Assembly: GCA_036679605.1 (NCBI GenBank)
Contig: JAZDCZ010000289.1
Location: 1 to 64,000 of the forward strand
DNA from: Gemmatimonadota bacterium
GTDB lineage: Bacteria; Gemmatimonadota; Gemmatimonadetes; Gemmatimonadales; GWC2-71-9
Direction of reading: 5' to 3'
Length of the DNA stretch: 64,000 nucleotides
A program made the translations under genes and the position numbers. This document shows positions 16,977-26,053 of the stretch, in pieces (within the stretch, counting starts at the first letter, position 1; the number at the start of each line of letters is the position of its first letter). Below the pieces are notes generated by a model. It was not told the DNA's origin. It searched no databases and saw only the letters and a program-made list of their open reading frames with translations.

Positions 16977-19418
16977 TCACTCCGCCTTTAGTGCTGCAAC
17001 AAGATTCACCCGGGTTGCGCGGAACGCGGGAACGAGACAGGCAAGCACGCCCGTGAGTGCCAGCGTCACAATAATCGCAGCGTAAACTACCGGATCGTTT
17101 GGGTTGACCCGGAACGATATTGCCTGGATCTGCCGGCTCAACGCAACGCCCAGGGCCAATCCGATCGCCAGGCCGATCGCGATCTGCGTCATGCCCTTCT
17201 TCAAGACCAGTCCGACGATGTCTTTGTCGCTTGCGCCGAGCGCAATACGAATCCCCATTTCCTGGGTGCGGCGACTAACCGAGAACGCCATCACACCGTA
17301 CAGTCCAATCGCCGACATCAACAGTGCCATTGCGCCGAACAGGGAGAACGTCCAACTCAAGATGCCGAAGATCCATGTGGCCGACTCGATGGCACCCTCC
17401 ATGGAGTCCACCTCGTAGATCGGCAGGTTGGGATCGAGCCCGGCGACCACATCACGCACGACCGGCGTGATCGCAAGTGGATCACCGCGGGTTTTGACCG
17501 CCAGTCTCATGGAGCGGGGCGGTCCCTGAGCCAGCGGCGTGTAGAACTGTTCCGGTGCCACGCTGCCGCTTCTGAGTCCGCCGAGTTCTCCCTCACCCAT
17601 GTGGAGATCGGGCACAACACCCACGACCGTCATCCAGGGGTTGAATGATTCCGAGCGCCCGAGGCGGAACCGTTTGCCTACGGCCGATGCTCGAGAGAAG
17701 TACCGTTGTGCGAAGCTCTGGTTGATGATGACTACCGGCAGACCCTCGGCGCGATCTTGGCTGGTGAAGTCCCGTCCCTCGAGAAGCTTCACACCAAAAG
17801 TCCGGAAGAACCCAAGTGATACTGTTGCCCGGTTGGCATTGGGATAGTCCTGGTCGGTGACATACGAAACACCTTCCACCCCGAACCGAGCCTCAGTGGC
17901 CCCGGTTCCGGGTAGACGGTCGACCAAGGCCACAGACTCTACACCCACCAGAGCCCCCAGACGTTGGTGTAGGTCGTCGAAGAACTGGAGCCGGATGTCT
18001 GAATCCGGGTAATCGGCTTCGACGAGTGTCACTCGTCCGGTGAGCATGCTCGCCGTTTGGAAGCCCATGTCGAGAGTCCTGTAATTGATGACGCTCTTGA
18101 TCGCCATGCCGGCACCGACCAGTATCGCACAGGAAACCGCGATCTCACTGATAACCAGGATCGTGCTGAAACGGCCCATGCGGAAACTGGACGATCCCAC
18201 GCTCTCATCCTTGAGCATCTCGTGCACATCGATCCCGGATGCTCTGAGCGCAGGAACTATTCCAGACGCGAGGCTGGCTACCAGGGTCATGACGATGGCG
18301 AAGATCAGCACCGGGGGATCGATGCGGACGTCGAACCAATAGGGCTTTTGGATAAACTCTGTTGCTGCTTCGAGGGAGTCGATGAGCAATGTCGCCAAGA
18401 CCACACCTGCAACTCCTCCGATCAGCGCCATGATGGCGGCTTCCACCAGGAGCTGGCGGATCACGCGGGCGCGGCTCGCCCCTAGAGCTGTTCGAATCGC
18501 CATCTCCTTGACCCGGACGGCGGCGCGACCCAGCAAGATATTCGCCACATTCGCGCATGCGATGATCAACACTCCAAAAGCCGCAGCGAATCCTGTCCAG
18601 AAGATTGTCGAGAATTCGGTGGGCAAGAACTCATCGGCGTAGGACCGAATGACGGCGCCGACACCATCGTTAGTTTCGGGATACTCGGCGGCGAGGCGTT
18701 GGGATATGTCCGTTATTTGGACCTGTGCCTGCTCCAAACTCACGCCTCTCTTGAGTCGCCCGATGACCCACAGGCGAGGGCCTTGTCCCCGCCGTAACTC
18801 GGTGTGATCGATGGCGAGAGGCATCCACAGATCGTTTTCGAAAGGGAATCGAAAACCCTCCGGCATGACGCCGATAATGGTTGCTGCGAGGCCGTTGGCG
18901 CGGATCACCTTGCCGATGATGTCGGGGTCGCCGCCGTACCGAGCCTGCCACACACTGTGGCCGAGGACGATTGTTGGGGGAGTGTGACCGCTATCCTCAT
19001 CATCGCGAAACACGCGGCCCATCAACGGCTGGGTGTTCACCTCGGAGAACATGTTCGCTGTGACGGACGTGCCGAGATAGCGTTGCGGACGTTGGCCGGC
19101 GTCAGCGAAGTTGATGGAGCTGAAATTGAATCCCGCCAGATCTTCGAACACGGTCTGCTGTTCCCGCCAATCCACGAAGTCATGGATTGGGACAGTTCTT
19201 CCGGTCACGCCGTCCGCAACGATGGTTTGTGAAATACGCACGAGGCGGTCGCCGCCGTCGAATGGCAGCGGTCGCATCGTCAATGCATAGAACGCGCTGA
19301 ACTGGTAAGTGACGGCTCCGATGCCGAGTGCTATCGTAACGATCGCCACCAGTGAGACGCCGGGCGTTTTGTACAGCATGCGCACGCCGTAGCGAAGATC
19401 CTTCAACAACTCGTTCAT
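16977..19418 (-). CDS. ADOP-type duplicated MacB/FtsX permease
   Basis: DLRYGVR.L.K.PG, IACANVAN, EMAIR.ALGA, second EMGIRIALGA; no ATPase gene nearby. Confidence 0.93.
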   Translation of the reverse strand: MNELLKDLRYGVRMLYKTPGVSLVAIVTIALGIGAVTYQFSAFYALTMRPLPFDGGDRLVRISQTIVADGVTGRTVPIHDFVDWREQQTVFEDLAGFNFSSINFADAGQRPQRYLGTSVTANMFSEVNTQPLMGRVFRDDEDSGHTPPTIVLGHSVWQARYGGDPDIIGKVIRANGLAATIIGVMPEGFRFPFENDLWMPLAIDHTELRRGQGPRLWVIGRLKRGVSLEQAQVQITDISQRLAAEYPETNDGVGAVIRSYADEFLPTEFSTIFWTGFAAAFGVLIIACANVANILLGRAAVRVKEMAIRTALGASRARVIRQLLVEAAIMALIGGVAGVVLATLLIDSLEAATEFIQKPYWFDVRIDPPVLIFAIVMTLVASLASGIVPALRASGIDVHEMLKDESVGSSSFRMGRFSTILVISEIAVSCAILVGAGMAIKSVINYRTLDMGFQTASMLTGRVTLVEADYPDSDIRLQFFDDLHQRLGALVGVESVALVDRLPGTGATEARFGVEGVSYVTDQDYPNANRATVSLGFFRTFGVKLLEGRDFTSQDRAEGLPVVIINQSFAQRYFSRASAVGKRFRLGRSESFNPWMTVVGVVPDLHMGEGELGGLRSGSVAPEQFYTPLAQGPPRSMRLAVKTRGDPLAITPVVRDVVAGLDPNLPIYEVDSMEGAIESATWIFGILSWTFSLFGAMALLMSAIGLYGVMAFSVSRRTQEMGIRIALGASDKDIVGLVLKKGMTQIAIGLAIGLALGVALSRQIQAISFRVNPNDPVVYAAIIVTLALTGVLACLVPAFRATRVNLVAALKAE

Positions 19419-19451
19419 CAGCTCAGACTGTTCCGGGTTGGCATGGGTGCT

Positions 19452-20393
19452 CTACTCTTGCTCATGCCGGAATAAGATGTCTTCCCGGCCAAGTACGTCT
19501 TGCTCGCCGACCGGGGTCTCCCGCCCGTCTCCGAACCGGTACGGCAGGTAACCCAGAGGGGCAAGGAGTTCGAGCACGGCGGAGAAAGTGTTTGGCGCCC
19601 GCGTCGAACCTTGAGGTCCACGCACTTCGACCCACAGGAGCGGCCAAGTCGCGGCTTCGAGGGTCTTCAGCATGCCGGCGATGCTCCGCGCCTCCTCGCC
19701 CTCTACGTCGACCTTCATCAGCCGGATCGCCCGCCCGCTGTGCGGCGTCTGCGGCAAGTAGTCGTCCAGAGTCCGAACGGGGACTTGGATCGTGTCCCGG
19801 TAGCGCTTGTCGCGCTCGGCTACCTCCGGAACCAGAGAGCTGGCCGGGGCGTCCCGCGCACGGTAAAAGCGGTCCTGACCGTTGTGGTCCGAAAGCGCGA
19901 GGTTGGCGCATTGAAGGTGCTGGAAACCGTTGAGCTGGGCGCTCCGTTGTAACGACTCACTAAAATCCGATTGGGGTTCGAAGGCTAGGACGGCACCATC
20001 CGGTCCCACGAAACGCGCTGCAAGGAGGCTGAAGAATCCCACGTTCGAGCCGACGTCGACGAACATCGAGCCCGGCGTCAGTTCTCTTTTCAGCAGTTGC
20101 GCCAAGGGTTGGCGCAGCCACCAGCGACCCCAAGCCTTCGGGAAGTAGTACATCTTGCGGAGCAGTCGGTTCGAGAGATTGAGAACCATGTCCGGGGCCA
20201 CGTCGAAAGCCGGACCTACCACCCACCGTGGCTCCGGCCGGTCGAAGAGCAGCCACCACAGTGCCGTGTTGAACTCTTGGGCCACCTTGCGGGAGGGATA
20301 GTGCTTCGTCACGGCTCGGATGAGCCGATGAATTCCTGCTCCGTCCATTGCTTCCTGGCCTCTGTTGGGATCGAGTGAGGTGATTGATAGCAT
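19452..20393 (-). CDS. FkbM family SAM-dependent methyltransferase
   Basis: DVGSNVG, AFEP, TLD, MKVDVEG.E; alternative start at 20348. Confidence 0.88.
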   Translation of the reverse strand: MLSITSLDPNRGQEAMDGAGIHRLIRAVTKHYPSRKVAQEFNTALWWLLFDRPEPRWVVGPAFDVAPDMVLNLSNRLLRKMYYFPKAWGRWWLRQPLAQLLKRELTPGSMFVDVGSNVGFFSLLAARFVGPDGAVLAFEPQSDFSESLQRSAQLNGFQHLQCANLALSDHNGQDRFYRARDAPASSLVPEVAERDKRYRDTIQVPVRTLDDYLPQTPHSGRAIRLMKVDVEGEEARSIAGMLKTLEAATWPLLWVEVRGPQGSTRAPNTFSAVLELLAPLGYLPYRFGDGRETPVGEQDVLGREDILFRHEQE

Positions 20394-20491
20394 GGACGTG
20401 CAACATGCGGCCCGGGTTTATACCTAGCAAGGTTTTGGCAACACCGAAGACTGGGCGGCAGAACTGGGCGGTACCGCCTTTCCTACCGTCC

Positions 20492-23400
20492 TTAAAACCC
20501 GATAACCACATTGGCGACGGCTCGGGGTTGGGGTGGCATGGAGTAGACGTTTCGTTCGTAGTCCCGGTTGTACGGACTGATGTTCAACGGTTCATGCCCG
20601 ACCACAAGCGTGCTGCTTCCCCCGGGATCAAAGCCCATGGCGCTTACTAAGCCGCGCGCAGAAAGAAGCTCGGCCATTTCCACATGAGTTGCTCCGACGG
20701 ATTCCCGAATGCGTCCGTTAACCGTCAACACCGAAAGCATTCCGCTCCGGTCGACTCCGACCGCGATCTTCGGTCCTCTCATGTCGAGGTAGTCGAGCCG
20801 CGCCGCTTGCGTGGCAATCGAGTTCTTCGTCGTCCAGCCCTCCGTATCCATATCGATACAAGTGCGGCCATCGGACACGAGCATCGGCCCCGCTTCCACC
20901 GCCTGCGCTACATCGGCCAGATCATGTAGCTCGAAATTGAGCTGGGTGCCGTCGACCCATCCCTGCGGCAGCTTACCACTGGCGAAGGAGAGACACAGGC
21001 CTACCGGCAGCACGGGGACATTCTGACCAGCGTCGGTGTGGATCACCTCCATGACTCGCGCGCCGGTCAACCGCACCAGTGTTCGCCCATCCCCTGGCAG
21101 TTCGTTCCCCGGGAATAACAGATCGTAGAAACAGGGCTGCTGCCCCGGGGTGACCGCGTTGTAGCAGCTGGGTTCGAAGTCCACCGTCACGCCTGCGCTG
21201 CTGACACGCATGCCGGATCGAGCGTTCACCCTCCGAATGGAGATGGAGTCGTCCTTTCCCACCAGGAGTGCCGGCTTGTCGAAGAGTGGGGGACAGATCA
21301 CCACGCCGTCTGAGATGATCAGGCCCAGCGGCGAGCCGATGTAAGTCTCCGGCAAACCAAGTTTGCCCACGAGTTCCGCGTTCAGGATATAGCCTCCGTT
21401 CCACGCGATGCGAGCCTTTGTTCTTGCACGGCGGTTGAAACGTTTGATGAAGTCGAGCACAGTGCGGGGTGGTCCGTTAGACCTGACTATGCGGTAGCGC
21501 ATCCTTGCCCCCGGCGGCACGCTGGCCAGCGCACCGGACCAAGGGAACCCGTCGGCGTAGAGTCCATTGATGTTCTGGGCGGTGACCACCGACTTCTTCT
21601 TGACAGGTGGCGCTATCAGTTGCTCGAGAACTTTCACGACGGGCGACCCTCGCTCCTGGGCATCTTGCCGCAGCTCCTCGAGAACTTTCTTTTCACCCAA
21701 TTTCTTGCAGGCCTTACGGAACAGCTGTCCCTTTAACGTTTCGCCGAGATCGCGCGCGCTCTGTATCGGCGTCGGGTAGGCGAGCGTGGCCCTGAGACCT
21801 GCCGGCACCCACTGGACGTAGCCGTCGTCGGGTGAGAGTCCCATCACATTGGCCGTGAGCACGTCTGGCACCTGTCCGATGTGGAATCGCTCGATGTCCA
21901 CTATGTCGGTAGTAAGGGAAGCGTGTTCGGGTGCTCCGATCAGGAAACCACCCCCAGCACGTACCTCGGCGAGAACGCGAAGGGCTCGCTTGCCGAGTTG
22001 TCTGATGTCGATGCCCACCGAAATCTGGTTTGTTGGGACGACGGTGCAGACACCAGTCTTAAACAGCAACCGCAGCTCCTCGTTGCGGGTCTCGTTGATG
22101 TAAGCCTTTAACGTATCGGCGGTGAGTTTATTGCCCAGTGGCTTGCTGCGCTGAAAGATGTAGATGGGCGTCAACCGCTTACGCTTCAGCAGTCTGCCCG
22201 TCATCATTTCGTGCGTCTCGAGTCCTAGCCGGGCGCGCACAGCTTGGAGGATGAAAAGCTCTATCTCCACCTGGATCGCGCTGCCCGCGAAATACGCGAT
22301 GGGCACGTCGGTCTGCAGGCGCTCCCAAAGCCTCGCACGATCGTCGATCGCGAGCGATCCGCCGCACCTTTGCTCGAGCATCAAATCCCAGTTCGAGAAA
22401 TGGGACGCCGCGTGACGGGTTGCACCAAACGAAGGCGGTGGTGCGGCAATCTGCGCGAACAACAGATTGATGACACCAGTCAGCTCGTGCCAGGTGAGGT
22501 CGCGGTACTTGAGGTTCCAGCGGTTGCGATGCCGATAGGCGAACGCGTGGTCGAACATGATCGGCATATCGGCGTCTCGAACCAGGAACAGATTAGCTAC
22601 ACAATTGCAGAACTCGTGAAAATTTTCACGACTCAGGGTAGACGGGTCCGGGTTCTCGTCGACCAACCGCTGCGCGAAGGCGAAAGCCATTCCGCGCTGC
22701 CGCTGCTCTTCGACGCGGAAATAGCTCGGGTCGATGAGCGATTTCAACATCAGCATGAATCCCATACGTCCGTGGCCTGGGAGGTATTCGCGATTGTCGG
22801 TATTCATCACCGTGCCGAGTTCGTCGCGATGACGTCGCACTCGCGTCTCGAAACTCGACAAAGCCTTCGACGCGGTCTCCAGGTCACGATCGTTTGCCTG
22901 AAGTTGTCGATGAAGCTGACGGAAGCAATTCTCAAAGTCGCGGGCCAGTGATTCCATCGCACAGCGATCCTCGACGACCTGGCGGTTGTGTGCGTTGACC
23001 GCTCTGAAACGCAGGGGTTCGAGCAAGTGCTCTTTGACAGACGTGACCAGGGCTGGTGTGATCCGATTGCGAAAAGAGATTACCTCTAATCGCTCGTCTC
23101 GTGCCAGGTGTTCGCCTATCACTTCGGCGAAAACGTCCTCCGGATCGTAACGCCGTGTCATTATCGGAACACTGCAGGCGGCGGATTCTATGATCGGCAG
23201 GCCGCGACCCTCGGTTTCACTCGGTAGCAACACTAGTGACGCAACTCCGTAGAGGTCGGCGATCGTACACGGCTGGTCGACCTGCTTTCGGAAACCCGGA
23301 TAGTCGATGGCGCTGAACAACAGCAACAGAAACACCCGATCCCGGACGGACTCTGGAAGTTGGGACACGCACTTGTCGAAGTCATGCAGCAGCCTCAAGA

Positions 23401-24646
23401 AGTAACGGTTGTTCTCGTCGGCCACTGGCCCTGTGATGAGCAGTGTAAGCTTGAGGTTCGGAGTGCTTCGGAAGGTGTTGATGAATTCCGCATCGGAGAA
23501 CAGTCGCGAAATGATGAGAAAGTTAGTTTCGATCTTCTTGCGCTTGATGATCCGAGTGGGCTGCAGCAGGATCATGTTGTCGTGGACGAAATCCACACTT
23601 TTCATTTCTCGGGCCGCCAGCAGCAACGGCTGGGGCCGATCGGATCCCGGTGGGTTCCGTTGCAGGATTGTGGCGACTGAGTGGGCGGCGAGGCGCTTCC
23701 GTGACCCGGTCAGCAGACTCGAGAGTTGCCGTAACACCTCGACACGCCTGGGGCGATTGATAGGTGCGTAGAGGGTCGCGTCCACCGCGGTACCCAGCTC
23801 CACGACGTTGGCCGGATTATGGCCAAACTGTCGCGTCAGTTGGGCCGATTGATTCCGGCTGAGGTTGGCTGAAATCCAGGTACGTGCTACCCAGGGATAG
23901 ATCAGCTGGATGATCGAGAATACCTCGCCCAGGTGCGAGTTGGTGAAAAAGTGATCGCGCGATCCTGCGGGGCTCCCCTCCATCTGCCGTGCCGCGCGGC
24001 TGCGCCCACCCTCCCAGTAGAAATCATGGTTGTTGGCGATGACCGGAATGCGCATGTGTTCGGAAATCAGCACCAGCGCCAGGGCTAGGGCGACGTTGCC
24101 CGGATTCGAATTGACGTTGATGACGTACAACAACCGAAGGTCGCAACGCTCGATCAGCTTTCCGAGTCGTTCCGCTAGAAGAAGCACGTCATCCCACAGC
24201 GCGAGAATCAGTTTGTTGTAGAGAGGGCTTCCCCGTTCCATGCGACGATGGAAGAAGTCCTTGTAGAGGTGCCAGGCAGAGAACCCGTCAATTTCGGGCA
24301 ACACGTGGCGCTCGACTTTGGGACCCACGATCGGTTCGGCACGAACATCGAAACGGCCCGTGATTATGTGGAGCCGCGGTTCCGACAGTACGCGCCTCAT
24401 AGCCTCGGCGTACTTCGCAATCTCCACTGTGACTCCATCGACCGAGCAGTGGAAAGTTACGAGCCCCACTCCGCGGCTGACGTCTTGGGTGAAGGCGTCG
24501 AAATCATCGTCGAAGATCAGGCTTGGTGTGTCACGCCCGTCACGGAGACGATCGAGCAACAACCCAAGATCGAACCAGGTGGTTATGCCCTCGCCTCGCA
24601 GGACATCCATCATGTGGGCCATGCTGTAGCGGCGTCCTCGCTGCAC
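20492..24646 (-). CDS. Large fusion: GT4 glycosyltransferase, central region and C-terminal phosphodiester glycosidase (NAGPA-like) domain
   Basis: DGV..E..K, HDFYWE, QPTRII.RK.IE and EGRGLPIIE; C-terminal NGGY, EAGPMLV..G, GFDPGGSSTL and RAVANV. Confidence 0.85.
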   Translation of the reverse strand: MQRGRRYSMAHMMDVLRGEGITTWFDLGLLLDRLRDGRDTPSLIFDDDFDAFTQDVSRGVGLVTFHCSVDGVTVEIAKYAEAMRRVLSEPRLHIITGRFDVRAEPIVGPKVERHVLPEIDGFSAWHLYKDFFHRRMERGSPLYNKLILALWDDVLLLAERLGKLIERCDLRLLYVINVNSNPGNVALALALVLISEHMRIPVIANNHDFYWEGGRSRAARQMEGSPAGSRDHFFTNSHLGEVFSIIQLIYPWVARTWISANLSRNQSAQLTRQFGHNPANVVELGTAVDATLYAPINRPRRVEVLRQLSSLLTGSRKRLAAHSVATILQRNPPGSDRPQPLLLAAREMKSVDFVHDNMILLQPTRIIKRKKIETNFLIISRLFSDAEFINTFRSTPNLKLTLLITGPVADENNRYFLRLLHDFDKCVSQLPESVRDRVFLLLLFSAIDYPGFRKQVDQPCTIADLYGVASLVLLPSETEGRGLPIIESAACSVPIMTRRYDPEDVFAEVIGEHLARDERLEVISFRNRITPALVTSVKEHLLEPLRFRAVNAHNRQVVEDRCAMESLARDFENCFRQLHRQLQANDRDLETASKALSSFETRVRRHRDELGTVMNTDNREYLPGHGRMGFMLMLKSLIDPSYFRVEEQRQRGMAFAFAQRLVDENPDPSTLSRENFHEFCNCVANLFLVRDADMPIMFDHAFAYRHRNRWNLKYRDLTWHELTGVINLLFAQIAAPPPSFGATRHAASHFSNWDLMLEQRCGGSLAIDDRARLWERLQTDVPIAYFAGSAIQVEIELFILQAVRARLGLETHEMMTGRLLKRKRLTPIYIFQRSKPLGNKLTADTLKAYINETRNEELRLLFKTGVCTVVPTNQISVGIDIRQLGKRALRVLAEVRAGGGFLIGAPEHASLTTDIVDIERFHIGQVPDVLTANVMGLSPDDGYVQWVPAGLRATLAYPTPIQSARDLGETLKGQLFRKACKKLGEKKVLEELRQDAQERGSPVVKVLEQLIAPPVKKKSVVTAQNINGLYADGFPWSGALASVPPGARMRYRIVRSNGPPRTVLDFIKRFNRRARTKARIAWNGGYILNAELVGKLGLPETYIGSPLGLIISDGVVICPPLFDKPALLVGKDDSISIRRVNARSGMRVSSAGVTVDFEPSCYNAVTPGQQPCFYDLLFPGNELPGDGRTLVRLTGARVMEVIHTDAGQNVPVLPVGLCLSFASGKLPQGWVDGTQLNFELHDLADVAQAVEAGPMLVSDGRTCIDMDTEGWTTKNSIATQAARLDYLDMRGPKIAVGVDRSGMLSVLTVNGRIRESVGATHVEMAELLSARGLVSAMGFDPGGSSTLVVGHEPLNISPYNRDYERNVYSMPPQPRAVANVVIGF

Positions 24647-24657
24647 GATGACTTACC

Positions 24658-25932
24658 TCACTGCGGGAATATCGCCTGAAGGATTTGCTCCAACACCTCG
24701 AATGAAAAGTGTTTTCGTCCAAGTTCGAAGTTATGCTCGGCGATTTCCGCCTGCAGTGCCGGATCGTGGATAATCCGGTCGATTTCGGCCACGGTTTCGT
24801 CCGTGAGGTTGTTGTCCTCCAGCATTACGGTCTTGAAGCCGAGGCTGCCGATATCCGGCCAGAAAACAGGTTTGTAGTTGTTAACGAAAACGGGCTTGCG
24901 GGCAACGATCGCCTCGACAAACGCGTTTCCGAAACCCTCGTAAGTGCTGAAATAGGTGCAGGCGACCGCGTGGGAGTAGGCATCGGCCAGGGAGAAAATT
25001 CGCTCGCCCGTGCTGGACGTTCCCCGGCTACTGAGAAGCTTGTGGTGAGCAAAGATGACCCTGTCTTTCATCCCGTTCCGCGCGATCTGCCTGAGAAGCT
25101 CCCTGTAGTAACCCTTGCGATGATCGTCGGCCGCGCTCCCGGTAATTACCAACTTGACGCGCGAATCCTCCAGCCGGCTGACGAGATCGATGGCAACTTC
25201 GATCCCCTTGCGTTGGACAATCCTGGTAATCTGGAAAAGCGGGATGTCGCCTTCGTGCAGCCCGATGCTCGCGGGCAGATCGGCGTTGTACGAATCCCTT
25301 TGAGCGTAAGGTTTGTCGAAATCCATCACGTTGGGCACGACCTGTGCGTCGATGTCGAACTTCTCCTTGAGAACACTCTGCTGATTGGTGTTGATCACAG
25401 CGTGGCGTGCATTGGGTGTGCGCAGGGGGAAAGTCTCTTCCACTAACTGCGTGATCTCGGGGAACGGTGAGATGTAACGCGAACCCCGCTCCCAGTAGAA
25501 ATCGTGGTGATGAATCACGATAGGAAGATCGAGGCGTTCCGCACAACGCATAATGCCCATGCCCAGCGACAAATGGGCCGGCAAGGACGATGCGTTCTCA
25601 ACGAGGAGCACGTCGATGCGACAGTCCAGGATCCACTGGAAAATGGCGGTTGCAACGTGGTTGGCGGTCCCATCAAGGTGACTCAACAAGGTTTCCGCAT
25701 CATCCGGTGGAAAGAAAAAAGCCCGGTTCTGCTCCCATTCGCACTCGGGGGAAAAGAACGACAAGAACCGAAGCGCCTTCTGGTTCTCCGGTTCGATCAC
25801 ATCTTCCTTGAAGCTACCGGAAAGAACGAATATCTCGTGTCCCATTTTCTTCAGGACTTGTATCCACTTCTCGGTCTCTAGAGCGACACCGTCGACGTCA
25901 CCGATGCGTCCAATGATAATTCCGATTCTCAC
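24658..25932 (-). CDS. GT4 glycosyltransferase resembling mannosylglucosylglycerate synthase (MggS)
   Basis: GTG start at 25932; RIGDVDGVALETEKW..VL.KMGHE, HHHDFYWER, TRIV.RKGIE, EGFGNAFVEA. Confidence 0.85.
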   Translation of the reverse strand: MRIGIIIGRIGDVDGVALETEKWIQVLKKMGHEIFVLSGSFKEDVIEPENQKALRFLSFFSPECEWEQNRAFFFPPDDAETLLSHLDGTANHVATAIFQWILDCRIDVLLVENASSLPAHLSLGMGIMRCAERLDLPIVIHHHDFYWERGSRYISPFPEITQLVEETFPLRTPNARHAVINTNQQSVLKEKFDIDAQVVPNVMDFDKPYAQRDSYNADLPASIGLHEGDIPLFQITRIVQRKGIEVAIDLVSRLEDSRVKLVITGSAADDHRKGYYRELLRQIARNGMKDRVIFAHHKLLSSRGTSSTGERIFSLADAYSHAVACTYFSTYEGFGNAFVEAIVARKPVFVNNYKPVFWPDIGSLGFKTVMLEDNNLTDETVAEIDRIIHDPALQAEIAEHNFELGRKHFSFEVLEQILQAIFPQ

Positions 25933-26053
25933 GTCATTAACATACCGTGTTTTTGAGATTGGACAGGGCGGTAGAACAAGAGGCGGTAAAACTGGGTCAT
26001 ACCCCGGTATTACCGCTGGTGGGGAGTGGGGAGGCGTAGGGTACCGCCCTTCT

